From contig OZ245838.1 in the NCBI GenBank assembly GCA_965228735.1, forward strand, positions 1,600,001 through 1,664,000: a DNA stretch of 64,000 bases, in the 5' to 3' direction. This DNA comes from Planctomycetota bacterium. Lineage in GTDB: Bacteria > Planctomycetota > UBA1135 > UBA2386. Shown here piece by piece: positions 8,485-17,877 of the stretch (position 1 is the stretch's first letter; every line of letters begins with the position of its first letter). The translations under genes were made by a program, and so were the position numbers. The notes below the pieces were generated by a model. It did not search any database and had not been told where the DNA came from. It saw nothing but the letters and a program-made list of their open reading frames with translations.

Positions 8485-9564
8485 TCAGCCAATCGCTGTG
8501 CGCGCGAGCAGCGCGTCGCCCTCGCGCAGGACTTCGTCGACCGTGATCTGCCGCATGCACTCGTGGTGCCCGAGCGGGCAGATCTTGCGCTGACACGGCG
8601 AACACTCCAGTTCCTTGCGGATGACGATCTGGTGCTCCATGCAATAGCTCGTGTAGTTGGGATCGTTGGGTCCCATGAGGCACACGACCGGCCGATCGAA
8701 CGCGACGGCGAGGTGCCGCGGACCGGTGTCGCCGGTGATCATGAGCGCCGAACGCCTGATGAGCGCGAGCAGCCGATCGAGCCGCAGCACGGGGTCGGTC
8801 ATCGCGATCGCGTCACCCTCGGCCGCGATCTTGTTGCCGAGCTCGACCTCCTTCGGCCCGACGAGCACGAGCGCCCGCATGCCGCGTTCATCCTGCAGCC
8901 GACGCGCCGCGGCGCTGAACCGCTCGGGCATCCACAGCTTGCTCGCGCCGTAGTTGGCGCCGACGGTGAGCAGCACGAGCGGCGTCCCCGGATCGATGGC
9001 CAGCGACCGGAGGTGCTCGTCGACCCAGGCCTCGGCCTCGTCGGTCACGAACAACTCCGGGTGGACACCGCCCGGCGGCAGACCGAGCTCGTCGAGCAGG
9101 TCGTGGTAGTAGTTGGGCATCGGCGTCGGCCAGCGCCGCGGACCCTGGCGCCGCTGGAACCACCGCCGCCGCACGTTCGCCTTGCGCCCGAGATTCATCA
9201 GGCCGGGTCGTCCCTGGCGATAGCCGAGCCGACGCGGGACGCGCGCGAGGAACGGCACGAGCCCGGTCGCGGGGCTGTTGGGCAGGACGACGGCGAGATC
9301 GAACCGCTGCCGCCGCATCGCCGAAACCTGCCGCCACAACGCCGCCGGGCTGCGGAACGACGGCGTGTCCACGACCTCGTCGAACCAGTCGCTGCCGCGC
9401 AGCAGATCGCGCAGGAACGGCCGCATTCCGACCGTGATATGGGCCTTCGGAAAGGCGTCACGCAGTCGGCGGAACGACGCCGTGGCCATCACGAAGTCAC
9501 CGAGCCAATTGGGGGCGCGCACCCAGATTCGGGCTACGGTGTCAGGGTCGAGAGAACGGGCCAT
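8485..9564 (-). CDS. waaF: LPS heptosyltransferase II-like (GT9)
   Basis: RAPNWLGDFVM, GANYGASKLW, TGDTGPRHLA, LECSPCQRKICPLGHHECM. Confidence 0.88.
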   Translation of the reverse strand: MARSLDPDTVARIWVRAPNWLGDFVMATASFRRLRDAFPKAHITVGMRPFLRDLLRGSDWFDEVVDTPSFRSPAALWRQVSAMRRQRFDLAVVLPNSPATGLVPFLARVPRRLGYRQGRPGLMNLGRKANVRRRWFQRRQGPRRWPTPMPNYYHDLLDELGLPPGGVHPELFVTDEAEAWVDEHLRSLAIDPGTPLVLLTVGANYGASKLWMPERFSAAARRLQDERGMRALVLVGPKEVELGNKIAAEGDAIAMTDPVLRLDRLLALIRRSALMITGDTGPRHLAVAFDRPVVCLMGPNDPNYTSYCMEHQIVIRKELECSPCQRKICPLGHHECMRQITVDEVLREGDALLARTAIG

Positions 9565-9701
9565 CGTGCGGAGGGTGCGTGCCTGGCAGCACCGACTCCG
9601 GATCTTGCGGAACCTCGGGGCACAGGACAATCGTCAAAACGAACCCCACCGTGCTATCGTGCCGGGCCGACTCTCGCCGTCCCCCGGGACCGCCCTCAAC
9701 C

Positions 9702-12700
9702 ATGGCATCACCAGCCACCCTCGATCGTCTCTACGCCGAATTCGACAGCCCGCCGGAAGCGATCCGCGCTGTCATCGACCTGCTGGAGGAGAAGGCATCC
9801 CCCGCCTTCCTCGCCCGCTACCGCCGCTGGGCCATCGGCGCCCTGCCGGAGGACCGCGTGCAGGGGATGGCCGATCGCCTGCACGCGCTCGAAGAGCTCG
9901 AGCAGCGCAAGGCCTCGATCCAGCAGCAGGCGAAGGAACGCGGCAGCTGGACGCCGGAGCTCGAGGCGACCGTGCGCGACTCGGTCGACCAGGACCTCAT
10001 CGACGATCTCTATCAGTCGATGCGGCCGCGCCGGCGCGGCCCGGCGATGCAGATGGAGGAGAAGGGCCTCGGCCCGCTCGCGACCGCGATCCAGCACCGC
10101 CAGCTCGGCGAGCAGACGCTGCAGGACGTCGCGGGTGAGTACATCAACGCCGAGCAGGATCTCGACACCGTCGAGAAGGTGCTCGAGGGCGCGCTGCTGA
10201 TCCTCAGCGACAAGATCTCGCACGACCCGCACACCCGCGCGCGGTGCCGCGACGAGCTCAAGCGCGGCGTCTTGCAGGCCCGCGCCGTCGATCCCTCCAA
10301 GGGCGCGAAGAAGTATCAGGACTTCTTCGACTTCGCCGAGCCGATCCAGCGCATCCCGACGGGCCGCATGCTCGCGCTGCGCCGGGCAGAACGCGAGGGC
10401 ATCCTCAAGCTCACCCTGACGCTGCCCGAAGACCGCCACCGCACGGTTCTTCGCGAGCTTCACTGCCAGGACCTCGAGGACGGCTCGCCCCTGCTCGACT
10501 ACTACAACGTGGTCTTCGATCACGCGTGGCAGGCGTTGCAGGAGACCTGCGGCCGCGACGTTCGTCGCCGCATCAAGGAGAAGGCCGACCGCGAGGCCGT
10601 GCGGACCTACGCCCGCAACCTGCGGTCGCAGCTGCTCGCGCCGCCACTCGGCAGCAAGAAGGTGCTCGCGATCCGCGCGAGCGGCAAGGGCGCCTGGGGC
10701 GTGCTGCTCGGCGAGGACGGCTCCGTCGAGGAGTACAAGACGCTGCCGATGCAGACCGAGGAGCAGCAGCAGGGCGCGATCGAGTGGCTCGCCGAGATCA
10801 TCGAGAAGTCCGCGCCCGCGGCGATCGCGGTCCCCCATGGCCGGCGCCAGGCCGCGACGGAGAAGCTGATCACCAGGCTGCGCGAGAAGGCCGAGAAGCT
10901 GCCGATGATCGTGCCGGTCGACGAAGCCGCGTCGACGATCTTCGCGTCGGGCAACGCCGGCAAGAAGGCCATGCCGGGCGTCGAGGTCGGCGTGCGGACG
11001 ACGATCTCGCTCGGCCGTCGGCTGCAGGACCCGCTCATCGAGCTCGTTCGCATGGACGTGCGCGCGCTCGGCCTCGGCCACGTCGACGACGTGCACCAGG
11101 GCATGCTGCAGCGCGAGCTGTCGCACGCGGTCGCCTCGTGTCTCGCTGCGGTCGGCATCGACCTCAACACCTGCGACAAGGACCTGCTGCAGCAGCTGCC
11201 CGGGCTCTCGCCGGAGCAGGCCACGGCGATCCTCGAGCACCGCAAGAAGAACGGCGGGTTCAAGACGCGCGCCGAACTGCTCCACGTCGACGGCCTCGAC
11301 CCGGTCACGGCGCGCAACATCCTCGGGTTCTTGCGCCTCACCGGCGGTGACGAGCCGCTCGACGAGACCGCGATCCACCCCGACGACTACCCGATCGTGC
11401 GCGCGATCGCGACCAGGCGCGGCGTGGAGCCGCGCGAGCTGCTCGGCAAGAACCTGCGCGACGTCAACGCCAACGAGTTCGTGACGGGCGCAGAGGCGGC
11501 CCCGGCGGCGGCAGGCGACGCGGCGGCAGCTCCGGCGACCGCGACACCGGTAGCCGAAGATGCGGCGACGGAGACCCCGGCGCCGGATACCCCAGCGGCG
11601 GAAACCCCGGCGGCGGAGACCCCAGCGCCGGAAACCCCAGCGGCGGAAACCCCGGCGGCGGAGACCCCGGCGGCGGAGAACCCGGCGACTGAACCCCCAG
11701 CGACGGAGAACCCGGCCAATGACGCAACGGCACCCGAGGTGGCCGCGACCGAGCCGACTCCGGCCGTGGACGCCGCGCCGGAGGCGCCCGCGGCACCGAC
11801 TGCCGCAGCACCAGCGGCGATCACCCCGACGGGCGGCATCACGCGCGACCGCGTGATCGCCGTTCTGCAGCAGCTGCAGCGCGAGGGCAAGGACGCGCGC
11901 GGCCAGCTCGTCGACACGCGCAACGAGGGCCTGCACACGTTCGCCGATCTGCGGCTCGACGCCGAGCTGCGCGGCCGGGTCACGAGCCTGACCGAGTTCG
12001 GCGCGTTCATCGATCTCGGGATCGGTCAGGACGGGCTCGTGCACGTCTCGCAGATCCCACCGCATCGCCTGCGCGACGCCGAGCAGACCCTGCGCGTCGG
12101 CGAGGTCGTCACCGTCTGGGTCGTCAACATCGATCAGGACAAGCAGAAGATCTCGCTGACGATGATGAAGCCGCGGCACGTGCAGGAAGGCCGCAACGCG
12201 ACGATCGGTGAGCGCATGGCGCTGCAGAGCGGTCGTCGGCCCAAGCGCGGCAAGCGCGGGGACGGCGAAGGCGGCGGGCGCGGCCATGACCGCGGCGGTC
12301 GCGATCGCGGCCGTGGCCCACGCGAAGGCGGCGAAGGTCGCGGTCGCGCGCCGGGTGGCCCCGGCGGCCCGCGCCGCGGCGCGCCGCGCGGTCCCGGCGA
12401 CCGGGATCGCCGCGAGGGCGGCTTCGGCGGCGGCGGCTTCGGCGGCGGCGGCTTCGGCGGCGATCGGGGCCGCGGACGCGGGCGCGGACCGCGCGATCGT
12501 GGCCCGCAGCGCCAGCGCGTCTACACCGTCGAACCCGGGCAGCCCGTCGAAGCGACGACCAACAGCAAGGGCGAGGTCACCTCGCTCGGCAATCTCGGCG
12601 CCCTGTTCGGCGGCGGCAGCAGCAAGCCGAAGAAGGACGAGCCCAAGACCAGCGAGCCGCCGGCGGATCCGCCCAAGGCGACAACGCCGGAATCGAGCGC

Positions 12701-12782
12701 TCCGACTGCGAACGCACCGGCGCCGACGACCCCGCCACCGGCGGCCGACGGCGGGGCAACCGCGCCCCCGAGCGACTCCTAG
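9702..12782 (+). CDS. divergent Tex-family RNA-binding protein (Tex-N, YqgF-like, HhH, S1) with an acidic repeat insert and RGG-rich tail
   Basis: FLARYR, DDLY..RPRRR, RRLQDPL.EL, PLDETAIHPDDY; S1 motif FGAFIDLGIGQDGLVHVSQ. Confidence 0.88.
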   Translation: MASPATLDRLYAEFDSPPEAIRAVIDLLEEKASPAFLARYRRWAIGALPEDRVQGMADRLHALEELEQRKASIQQQAKERGSWTPELEATVRDSVDQDLIDDLYQSMRPRRRGPAMQMEEKGLGPLATAIQHRQLGEQTLQDVAGEYINAEQDLDTVEKVLEGALLILSDKISHDPHTRARCRDELKRGVLQARAVDPSKGAKKYQDFFDFAEPIQRIPTGRMLALRRAEREGILKLTLTLPEDRHRTVLRELHCQDLEDGSPLLDYYNVVFDHAWQALQETCGRDVRRRIKEKADREAVRTYARNLRSQLLAPPLGSKKVLAIRASGKGAWGVLLGEDGSVEEYKTLPMQTEEQQQGAIEWLAEIIEKSAPAAIAVPHGRRQAATEKLITRLREKAEKLPMIVPVDEAASTIFASGNAGKKAMPGVEVGVRTTISLGRRLQDPLIELVRMDVRALGLGHVDDVHQGMLQRELSHAVASCLAAVGIDLNTCDKDLLQQLPGLSPEQATAILEHRKKNGGFKTRAELLHVDGLDPVTARNILGFLRLTGGDEPLDETAIHPDDYPIVRAIATRRGVEPRELLGKNLRDVNANEFVTGAEAAPAAAGDAAAAPATATPVAEDAATETPAPDTPAAETPAAETPAPETPAAETPAAETPAAENPATEPPATENPANDATAPEVAATEPTPAVDAAPEAPAAPTAAAPAAITPTGGITRDRVIAVLQQLQREGKDARGQLVDTRNEGLHTFADLRLDAELRGRVTSLTEFGAFIDLGIGQDGLVHVSQIPPHRLRDAEQTLRVGEVVTVWVVNIDQDKQKISLTMMKPRHVQEGRNATIGERMALQSGRRPKRGKRGDGEGGGRGHDRGGRDRGRGPREGGEGRGRAPGGPGGPRRGAPRGPGDRDRREGGFGGGGFGGGGFGGDRGRGRGRGPRDRGPQRQRVYTVEPGQPVEATTNSKGEVTSLGNLGALFGGGSSKPKKDEPKTSEPPADPPKATTPESSAPTANAPAPTTPPPAADGGATAPPSDS
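11565..11714 (+). repeat. coding tandem repeat, 10 x 15 bp (A-A/T/P-E-T/N-P)
   Basis: GCG(G/A/C)CGGA(G/A)ACCCC(G/A)-like units in frame. Confidence 0.9.
12417..12461 (+). repeat. coding tandem repeat, 3 x 15 bp (GGFGG)
   Basis: GGCGGCTTCGGCGGC x3. Confidence 0.9.
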
Positions 12783-12801
12783 CGCCGAAACCACGACGAT
12801 C

Positions 12802-13512
12802 GTGGCCGACGTCTTCGTCATCGACCGGGCCGCCCTGTTCGGCGGCCAGTGGCCGCACGGCTTCGTCCCGATCGCGCCGGCCGAGGCGCCCGACTTCCTG
12901 CGGGCCGCCCGGGCCGGCCGATTCGAGCCGCGTCCGACGGCCGAATCGACGCCGGCGTGGAAACAGTGGATCCCCTACTGCGTCATCCGCTGTTTCGATC
13001 CGGCGCGCCCGGACCGCTCGCCGACCGGCCGCCCGACCGGTGTCTTCCACGTCCAGCGCACGAGCGGCCAGACCGAAGCCCGCCTGCACGGCTCGCGGTC
13101 GATCGGCCTCGGCGGCCACATCGACCCGGAGGACGTCGAGGGCTCCGCGGCCGACCGCCCGGAGTCGTTCTTCCTCAACGCCTTATGGCGCGAACTCGAG
13201 GAGGAACTGTGGCTGCCGGACAGCGCGCGGGCTTGTGAGCCCCGCCTCGTGGGCCTACTCAACGACGACACCACTCCAGTCGGCGCCGTTCATGCCGGAC
13301 TGGTCTACGTGCTCGACCTGCCGCTGCCGCTGGCGGCCGCGATCGAGTCGGTACAGGTTCGTGAAATCTCGAAGATGCGCGGGGGTTTCGGCCCCCTTGT
13401 CGAGTTGGCGAGGCTTTGGCAAACTCCTAGCCAATTCGAGACTTGGTCAGCCTTCCTGCTTCGCGACGGTGTCGCCGGTCCCATGGGCGATTCGGCCGAA
13501 CGAACTGCCTGA
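12802..13512 (+). CDS. NUDIX-superfamily phosphoesterase (YmaB/COG4112-like)
   Basis: KQWIPY, EARLHG..SIGLGGHI, RELEEEL, GLLNDD..VG.VH; GTG start. Confidence 0.8.
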   Translation: MADVFVIDRAALFGGQWPHGFVPIAPAEAPDFLRAARAGRFEPRPTAESTPAWKQWIPYCVIRCFDPARPDRSPTGRPTGVFHVQRTSGQTEARLHGSRSIGLGGHIDPEDVEGSAADRPESFFLNALWRELEEELWLPDSARACEPRLVGLLNDDTTPVGAVHAGLVYVLDLPLPLAAAIESVQVREISKMRGGFGPLVELARLWQTPSQFETWSAFLLRDGVAGPMGDSAERTA

Positions 13513-13618
13513 CCAATCCTCGTCCAAGTTCCCGTTCGGGTCACCGACCGGGGGCGCCTCTCAAACCTCAATCCGGGCTCGTGATCCATGCTCACGAGTC
13601 GTCCAGGAGTATCCCCGA

Positions 13619-13840
13619 ATGACCAACCGTAACACCACGCGACCCACCCGCGACGAAGTCTACGACCTGCTGATGAACGCTCGGCAGGCCGACTGGGTCG
13701 AGCTGTCCCTCGAGGACGGCCGCTCGCTCGCAGGCGCGATCATCTTCAACGAGTTCAAGGGCACCGGCCGCCTCATCAACGTCGATGAGGAGTTCTCCTT
13801 CGACTTCAATGTCGATCAGGTCGTCGACGTGAAGATCTGA
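13619..13840 (+). CDS. small protein (73 aa), possible Sm/LSm or SH3-like fold
   Basis: AGGAG SD at 13605-13609, strong GC3 codon bias, downstream terminator. Confidence 0.8.
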   Translation: MTNRNTTRPTRDEVYDLLMNARQADWVELSLEDGRSLAGAIIFNEFKGTGRLINVDEEFSFDFNVDQVVDVKI

Positions 13841-13885
13841 ACCGTGAAGATCCGGACCGTGAAGATCTAGACCGTGAAGATCTAG
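13826..13885 (+). repeat. tandem repeat, 4 x 15 bp (ACCGTGAAGATCTAG consensus)
   Basis: Units start at 13826, 13841, 13856 and 13871. Confidence 0.92.
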
Positions 13886-13943
13886 AGAAGGGCGGCGGAG
13901 TACTCCGTCAGGACGTTCCCCTGCGGAACGAGCCGCCCAGGCG

Positions 13944-13985
13944 ACGGGGCGCGCGGCCAGACACCGCGCGCCCCGTTTCGGTTTT
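13944..13985 (+). terminator. intrinsic terminator
   Basis: ACGGGGCGCGCGG-N7-CCGCGCGCCCCGT followed by TTCGGTTTT. Confidence 0.7.
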
Positions 13986-14062
13986 GCTGCATCGCGCCGG
14001 ACCCGGGTCGTGGCGCCGCTGCCGCGCGACGTGGCTGCGGCCCTCGCGCTAACCTCGAAGGC

Positions 14063-15121
14063 ATGAACCCGCTACCGCGACTCGTCGGCATCGCGACGCT
14101 CCTCGGCGCCAGCGTCCTCGCGCAGGATTCCGCGGCCGCGTGGGCGAAGCGGCTCGAGCTGCCGGCGATGCGGGAGCTCGCGAGTGAACGGCTGCTCGCG
14201 CTCGGCGCACCGGCCGTCCAGGCCCTGCGCGATCGTCTGGACGATCCGCGCCCCGAAGTGCTGCGCTCGGCGGCCTACACGCTCGGGTTCTTCGGCGCCG
14301 CCGCGAAGGGCGCGTGCGAGCGCCTGCACGAGCTGCGGGAGCACGACGATCCTGCCGTCGCGCTCGCCGCGAGGAGTGCCGTGAGCGCGATCGAAGGCGG
14401 CCGCGGCTTCGTGTTCGTCGTCGATTTCGGTGGCACCCTCCGCGAGCTCGACGGCGCGGGCGCGCCACGGGTCCAGATCCCCGATCTCGACACTCCGCGC
14501 TCCGGTCAGCGCCTCGGCAACGGCAACTACCTCGTCTCGACCCCGGCCGGGGCGATCGAACTCACGCCCGCGGGGAAGGAAGTCTGGCGTTCCCCCGACA
14601 TCGTCGCGAACGATGCGCAGCGACTGACCAACGGCAACACACTCATCGCCGCGGCCAACGCCGGCCGCGTCTTCGAGGTCGACGCGAACGGCAAGACGGT
14701 GTGGGAGTTCGCCCGAGACGATCGCGAGTTCCGCCCGGTGTCGTGCCAACGGCTCGGGGACGGCCGCACCCTGATCGCGCACTACGCGCTCGAAGACTAC
14801 GATTCGGGCAGCATTCTGGAGGTCGGGCGAAAGGGCGAAACCGCGTGGGCACTACCGTGGCGGATGCCGGCCCGTGCCCGCCGCCTGCCGAACGACCGCA
14901 CCCTCATCGTCAGCCACCGGCCGGGCCGCGTACAGATCGTCGATCGCGCCGGCCGCACCCTGCAGAGCTGGAACGACGTGCGGATCCCGAGCGCGGCCGA
15001 GTATCTGCCGAACGGCCACCTGCTCGTCGGCGGTGAGGGCTACCTGCGCGAACTCGACGCCAGCGGCAAGCGGGTCTGGAACACGAAGCAGAACTGGATC
15101 ATCGATGTGCGACGACAGTGA
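14063..15121 (+). CDS. secreted HEAT-repeat plus beta-propeller protein
   Basis: Signal peptide, HEAT-like helices, about six repeats of (A)xRLxNGxxLI...VxExxxxGKxVW. Confidence 0.8.
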   Translation: MNPLPRLVGIATLLGASVLAQDSAAAWAKRLELPAMRELASERLLALGAPAVQALRDRLDDPRPEVLRSAAYTLGFFGAAAKGACERLHELREHDDPAVALAARSAVSAIEGGRGFVFVVDFGGTLRELDGAGAPRVQIPDLDTPRSGQRLGNGNYLVSTPAGAIELTPAGKEVWRSPDIVANDAQRLTNGNTLIAAANAGRVFEVDANGKTVWEFARDDREFRPVSCQRLGDGRTLIAHYALEDYDSGSILEVGRKGETAWALPWRMPARARRLPNDRTLIVSHRPGRVQIVDRAGRTLQSWNDVRIPSAAEYLPNGHLLVGGEGYLRELDASGKRVWNTKQNWIIDVRRQ

Positions 15122-15133
15122 GCCCGCCGTTCG

Positions 15134-15535
15134 TCAGCGCTCGAATCCGATCCGCTCGATCGACCAGGCGTCGGACGCCGGCAGACCAGGAATCGCGCCG
15201 CGCAATCGACCGATGAGTTCGCGCTGAGACACCGACGCGCGCAACAACGCCGGCAGGGTCGGCTCGGCCCCCACCCAGACCGAGCCAATCGCCAGCCGTC
15301 GGCCGTCGACGACCACCATCACCGGGTCCCCGCAGTCATCACCAAGCACAGTCCAGTAGCGCTCGTCGGCCCGCGAGTCGGCCGCGGAGTAGCCCGGGGT
15401 CTCGACAAGAACGGCACCGACCCTGCAGAGGTCGATGGCCTCGTCGACCTCGACACAGCGAGTCACGGAGCAACCCGCTTCACACGCCGCGAGCAGCGAC
15501 AGCCCGATCAGCGGCGACGCTCGCGCAGCAATCAT
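15134..15535 (-). CDS. hypothetical lipoprotein
   Basis: Lipobox LLAAC; ATGA overlap with the upstream gene. Confidence 0.6.
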   Translation of the reverse strand: MIAARASPLIGLSLLAACEAGCSVTRCVEVDEAIDLCRVGAVLVETPGYSAADSRADERYWTVLGDDCGDPVMVVVDGRRLAIGSVWVGAEPTLPALLRASVSQRELIGRLRGAIPGLPASDAWSIERIGFER

Positions 15536-15912
15536 GGTCGGCCACCACCGCCGAGGAGCAACCCGAGCTCTTTCTCGACCGACGCCTCGACCTTGGCCAG
15601 CGCCGCGGCGCGGGACGGCGCGCGGAAGCCGTTCGGATCGAGGTCATCGCTGAAGTAGTGCCTTCGCTCCAGTAGCACGAACTCATCGCTCCTCGGCAAC
15701 GACCGTTCACCGGTTGCACCGTCCTCCGGGAACCACGGCTGCATGCACATCAGCTCGAGCTGCCACAGTCGTGCGCGGAACCAGCCCGGATCGTCACGGG
15801 CTTCGAAGAGCTCGAGCCGAGTCGGGTACGGTCCGTCATCCGACATCAGGACATCGAACTCGACGACCTCGACGAGGCGGAAGATCGGGCTCTTCACTGC
15901 GGGAAGCTTCAT
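15532..15912 (-). CDS. hypothetical protein (126 aa)
   Basis: AAGGAG SD before ATG 15912; globular acidic composition. Confidence 0.7.
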   Translation of the reverse strand: MKLPAVKSPIFRLVEVVEFDVLMSDDGPYPTRLELFEARDDPGWFRARLWQLELMCMQPWFPEDGATGERSLPRSDEFVLLERRHYFSDDLDPNGFRAPSRAAALAKVEASVEKELGLLLGGGGRP

Positions 15913-15929
15913 CGTCGACTTCTCCTTCG

Positions 15930-16292
15930 TCACGGCTCGTGCCCGAACGACTCGAGCAACTGCCGCGCCTGATTGCGCGCTCCCGGCCGATGGTGATCCT
16001 CGCGGTCCACGGCGCGGTGACAGGCCTCGACGTAGCTCGCTGCGAGACAGCTCACCGTCGCGAGACCGTAGCGGGCACGGAGCTTCAAGATCCGTTCCGC
16101 CTCGTCGAACAACTCGTCCGTAGTCTCGCTCCGAAAACTCGGCGGGTAATCCTCGGGCCGGAGGGGCGACGCGTAGAACAGCATCGAGTGCGAGCCCGCC
16201 GCGCACGCCCGTAGGCGCCTTGTCAGCTCCCCACAGAACTCGGCCTCGATGGCGTCGAGTTCGCGCAGCTGCTTCTCCATGCGACGGCTCAT
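15930..16292 (-). CDS. hypothetical protein (120 aa)
   Basis: Helical protein-like sequence, 17 bp from the next co-oriented gene. Confidence 0.65.
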   Translation of the reverse strand: MSRRMEKQLRELDAIEAEFCGELTRRLRACAAGSHSMLFYASPLRPEDYPPSFRSETTDELFDEAERILKLRARYGLATVSCLAASYVEACHRAVDREDHHRPGARNQARQLLESFGHEP

Positions 16293-16356
16293 GATCGCAT
16301 GGTCGCAGAACCCGCGCAGAACGGAAACCGCCGGCGGTCAGTACACTGCAGGCGCA

Positions 16357-16665
16357 ATGCGCTCCGTCGACTTCGACAGCCGGGCCGATCACCCGTTCCG
16401 AGCCGTGATCGCCCAGGTCGGGATGTGGGGCGGCTTCCTCGTGTTCGGCCGATCCGGGCTCCTGCCGAGCGACCGACTCCTGGGTGACGCCGAAGCGCTC
16501 GCCGAGCACTGGGCGCGTTTTGAGTTCTGCTTCTGGCTCGGCGCCTGGTGGATCGGCGTGGGCTGGGTCTTCGCGTTCTTGCACTACTACGCGCTCCCAG
16601 AACTCGCGCGCCTGCGCGATTCTCAGTATCGATCGCGGCAGAACCGTGCTCCGATGCAACGATGA
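16357..16665 (+). CDS. small membrane protein
   Basis: Two hydrophobic segments; ATGA overlap with yciH; TACACT upstream. Confidence 0.5.
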   Translation: MRSVDFDSRADHPFRAVIAQVGMWGGFLVFGRSGLLPSDRLLGDAEALAEHWARFEFCFWLGAWWIGVGWVFAFLHYYALPELARLRDSQYRSRQNRAPMQR

Positions 16666-16985
16666 GCGACCGGCGACTGGCATGGGACACCGACATCGGC
16701 GCGGTGAACGAGCCGAAGAAAACGGCCGAGGCGCCACCGCAGGGCGACGGTATCGTCCGGGTCCGACGCGAGACCGGCGGGCGAAACGGCAAGACCGTGA
16801 CGACGATCACGGGCGTGCCTTTCGACACCGCTGAACTGAAGAGCCTGCTCAAGCAGCTCAAGAAGAAGTGCGGCGTCGGCGGCGCCGTCCGCGACTTCGT
16901 GATCGAACTGCAGGGCGATCAGCGCGCGGTCGTCGTGCCGGAGCTCGAGGGCCGCGGCTTCACCGTCAAACTCGCCGGCGGCTGA
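16662..16985 (+). CDS. yciH: SUI1-family translation factor YciH
   Basis: GDGIVRVRRETGGRNGKTVT, LKKKCGVGG, IELQGD, VKLAGG. Confidence 0.93.
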   Translation: MSDRRLAWDTDIGAVNEPKKTAEAPPQGDGIVRVRRETGGRNGKTVTTITGVPFDTAELKSLLKQLKKKCGVGGAVRDFVIELQGDQRAVVVPELEGRGFTVKLAGG

Positions 16986-17153
16986 TCATCGGAATCGCAC
17001 CCGATGGCGGCGAGGAGCCGCGGCATGCTGGCGGCCGCCGCAGCCACCACCGGAAGACGCGCAGCCGCGAACGCTCTGTCGCTGTGCCCGGCCCGGCCCC
17101 AGAATCCGGCGCGGATTCCCGCCCCGCCATACCCCCGACCGAGATACCGACCG

Positions 17154-17519
17154 ATGTCCCGACCCACCGACGACTCGATCCTGTTGCTCCACAACCCGAA
17201 GTGCTCCAAGAGCCGTGCGACCCTCGCGCTCCTCGAGCAACGGGGCGCGACCCTCGAGATTCGGCTCTACCTCGAGAACCCGCTCGGCGAGGACGAGCTG
17301 CGGGACCTGGGGCGACGCCTCGGCAGGTCGGCGATCGAGTTCACGCGCACCAAGCAGGCGGAGTTCGCAGCGGCCGGACTCACGCGCGACTCGTCCGAGG
17401 CCGAGATCCTCGCCGCGATCGCGACAACGCCGATCCTGCTGGAGCGACCGATCGTCGTCCGCGGCGATCACGCCAGGATCGGGCGCCCGCCCGAGACCGT
17501 GCTCGAGTTACTCGACTGA
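17154..17519 (+). CDS. arsC: arsenate reductase (glutaredoxin-type ArsC family)
   Basis: HNPKCSKSR, LLERPIVV, IGRPPE. Confidence 0.9.
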   Translation: MSRPTDDSILLLHNPKCSKSRATLALLEQRGATLEIRLYLENPLGEDELRDLGRRLGRSAIEFTRTKQAEFAAAGLTRDSSEAEILAAIATTPILLERPIVVRGDHARIGRPPETVLELLD

Positions 17520-17527
17520 CGGACGGC

Positions 17528-17552
17528 GCGCTACGGGACGAGCCCGTAGCGC
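17528..17552. terminator. hairpin between convergent genes
   Basis: GCGCTACGGG-N5-CCCGTAGCGC, no U-tract. Confidence 0.5.
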
Positions 17553-17572
17553 CAGCACTGACCAGGACCGCC

Positions 17573-17788
17573 TCAGGCGACGTTCTGCGAGTCGCGATAC
17601 GAGTCGCGCGCGATCGCCACTTCGACCTGCAGCTCGGGATTCGCCTGTAGCTCGGCGAGCAGAGCGTGCGGTCGCAGCCCGCCGTAGTAGGCCGCCTGCT
17701 CGACCGTCGCTCCGAATCTGCGGATCGCCTCGAGGACCAGGTCCAACCGGTGCGCGTTTGCACTTTGGATTACCTGCATGCCCTCCAC
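17573..17788 (-). CDS. small helical protein, possible helix-turn-helix
   Basis: GATVEQAAYYGGL...NPELQVEVAIAR pattern; start 17788 or 17779. Confidence 0.6.
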   Translation of the reverse strand: MEGMQVIQSANAHRLDLVLEAIRRFGATVEQAAYYGGLRPHALLAELQANPELQVEVAIARDSYRDSQNVA

Positions 17789-17877
17789 TAGGACAAGATG
17801 GGCGCCCGGTTCGCGAAATCTCCGTGTGTTAGGAGTTTTGCACCGGAACGAACCGCGCTATCCAAGGCCCAGCGAAC

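Noticed and set aside
9708..12821. Long antisense or alternate-frame ORFs (also 1223-3052, 31606-34005, 45895-49374, 58926-61811)
   Set aside because: Shadows of real genes in high-GC DNA with no recognisable motifs
15134..16292. Integron cassette array
   Set aside because: Genes overlap or are 17 bp apart, leaving no room for attC sites
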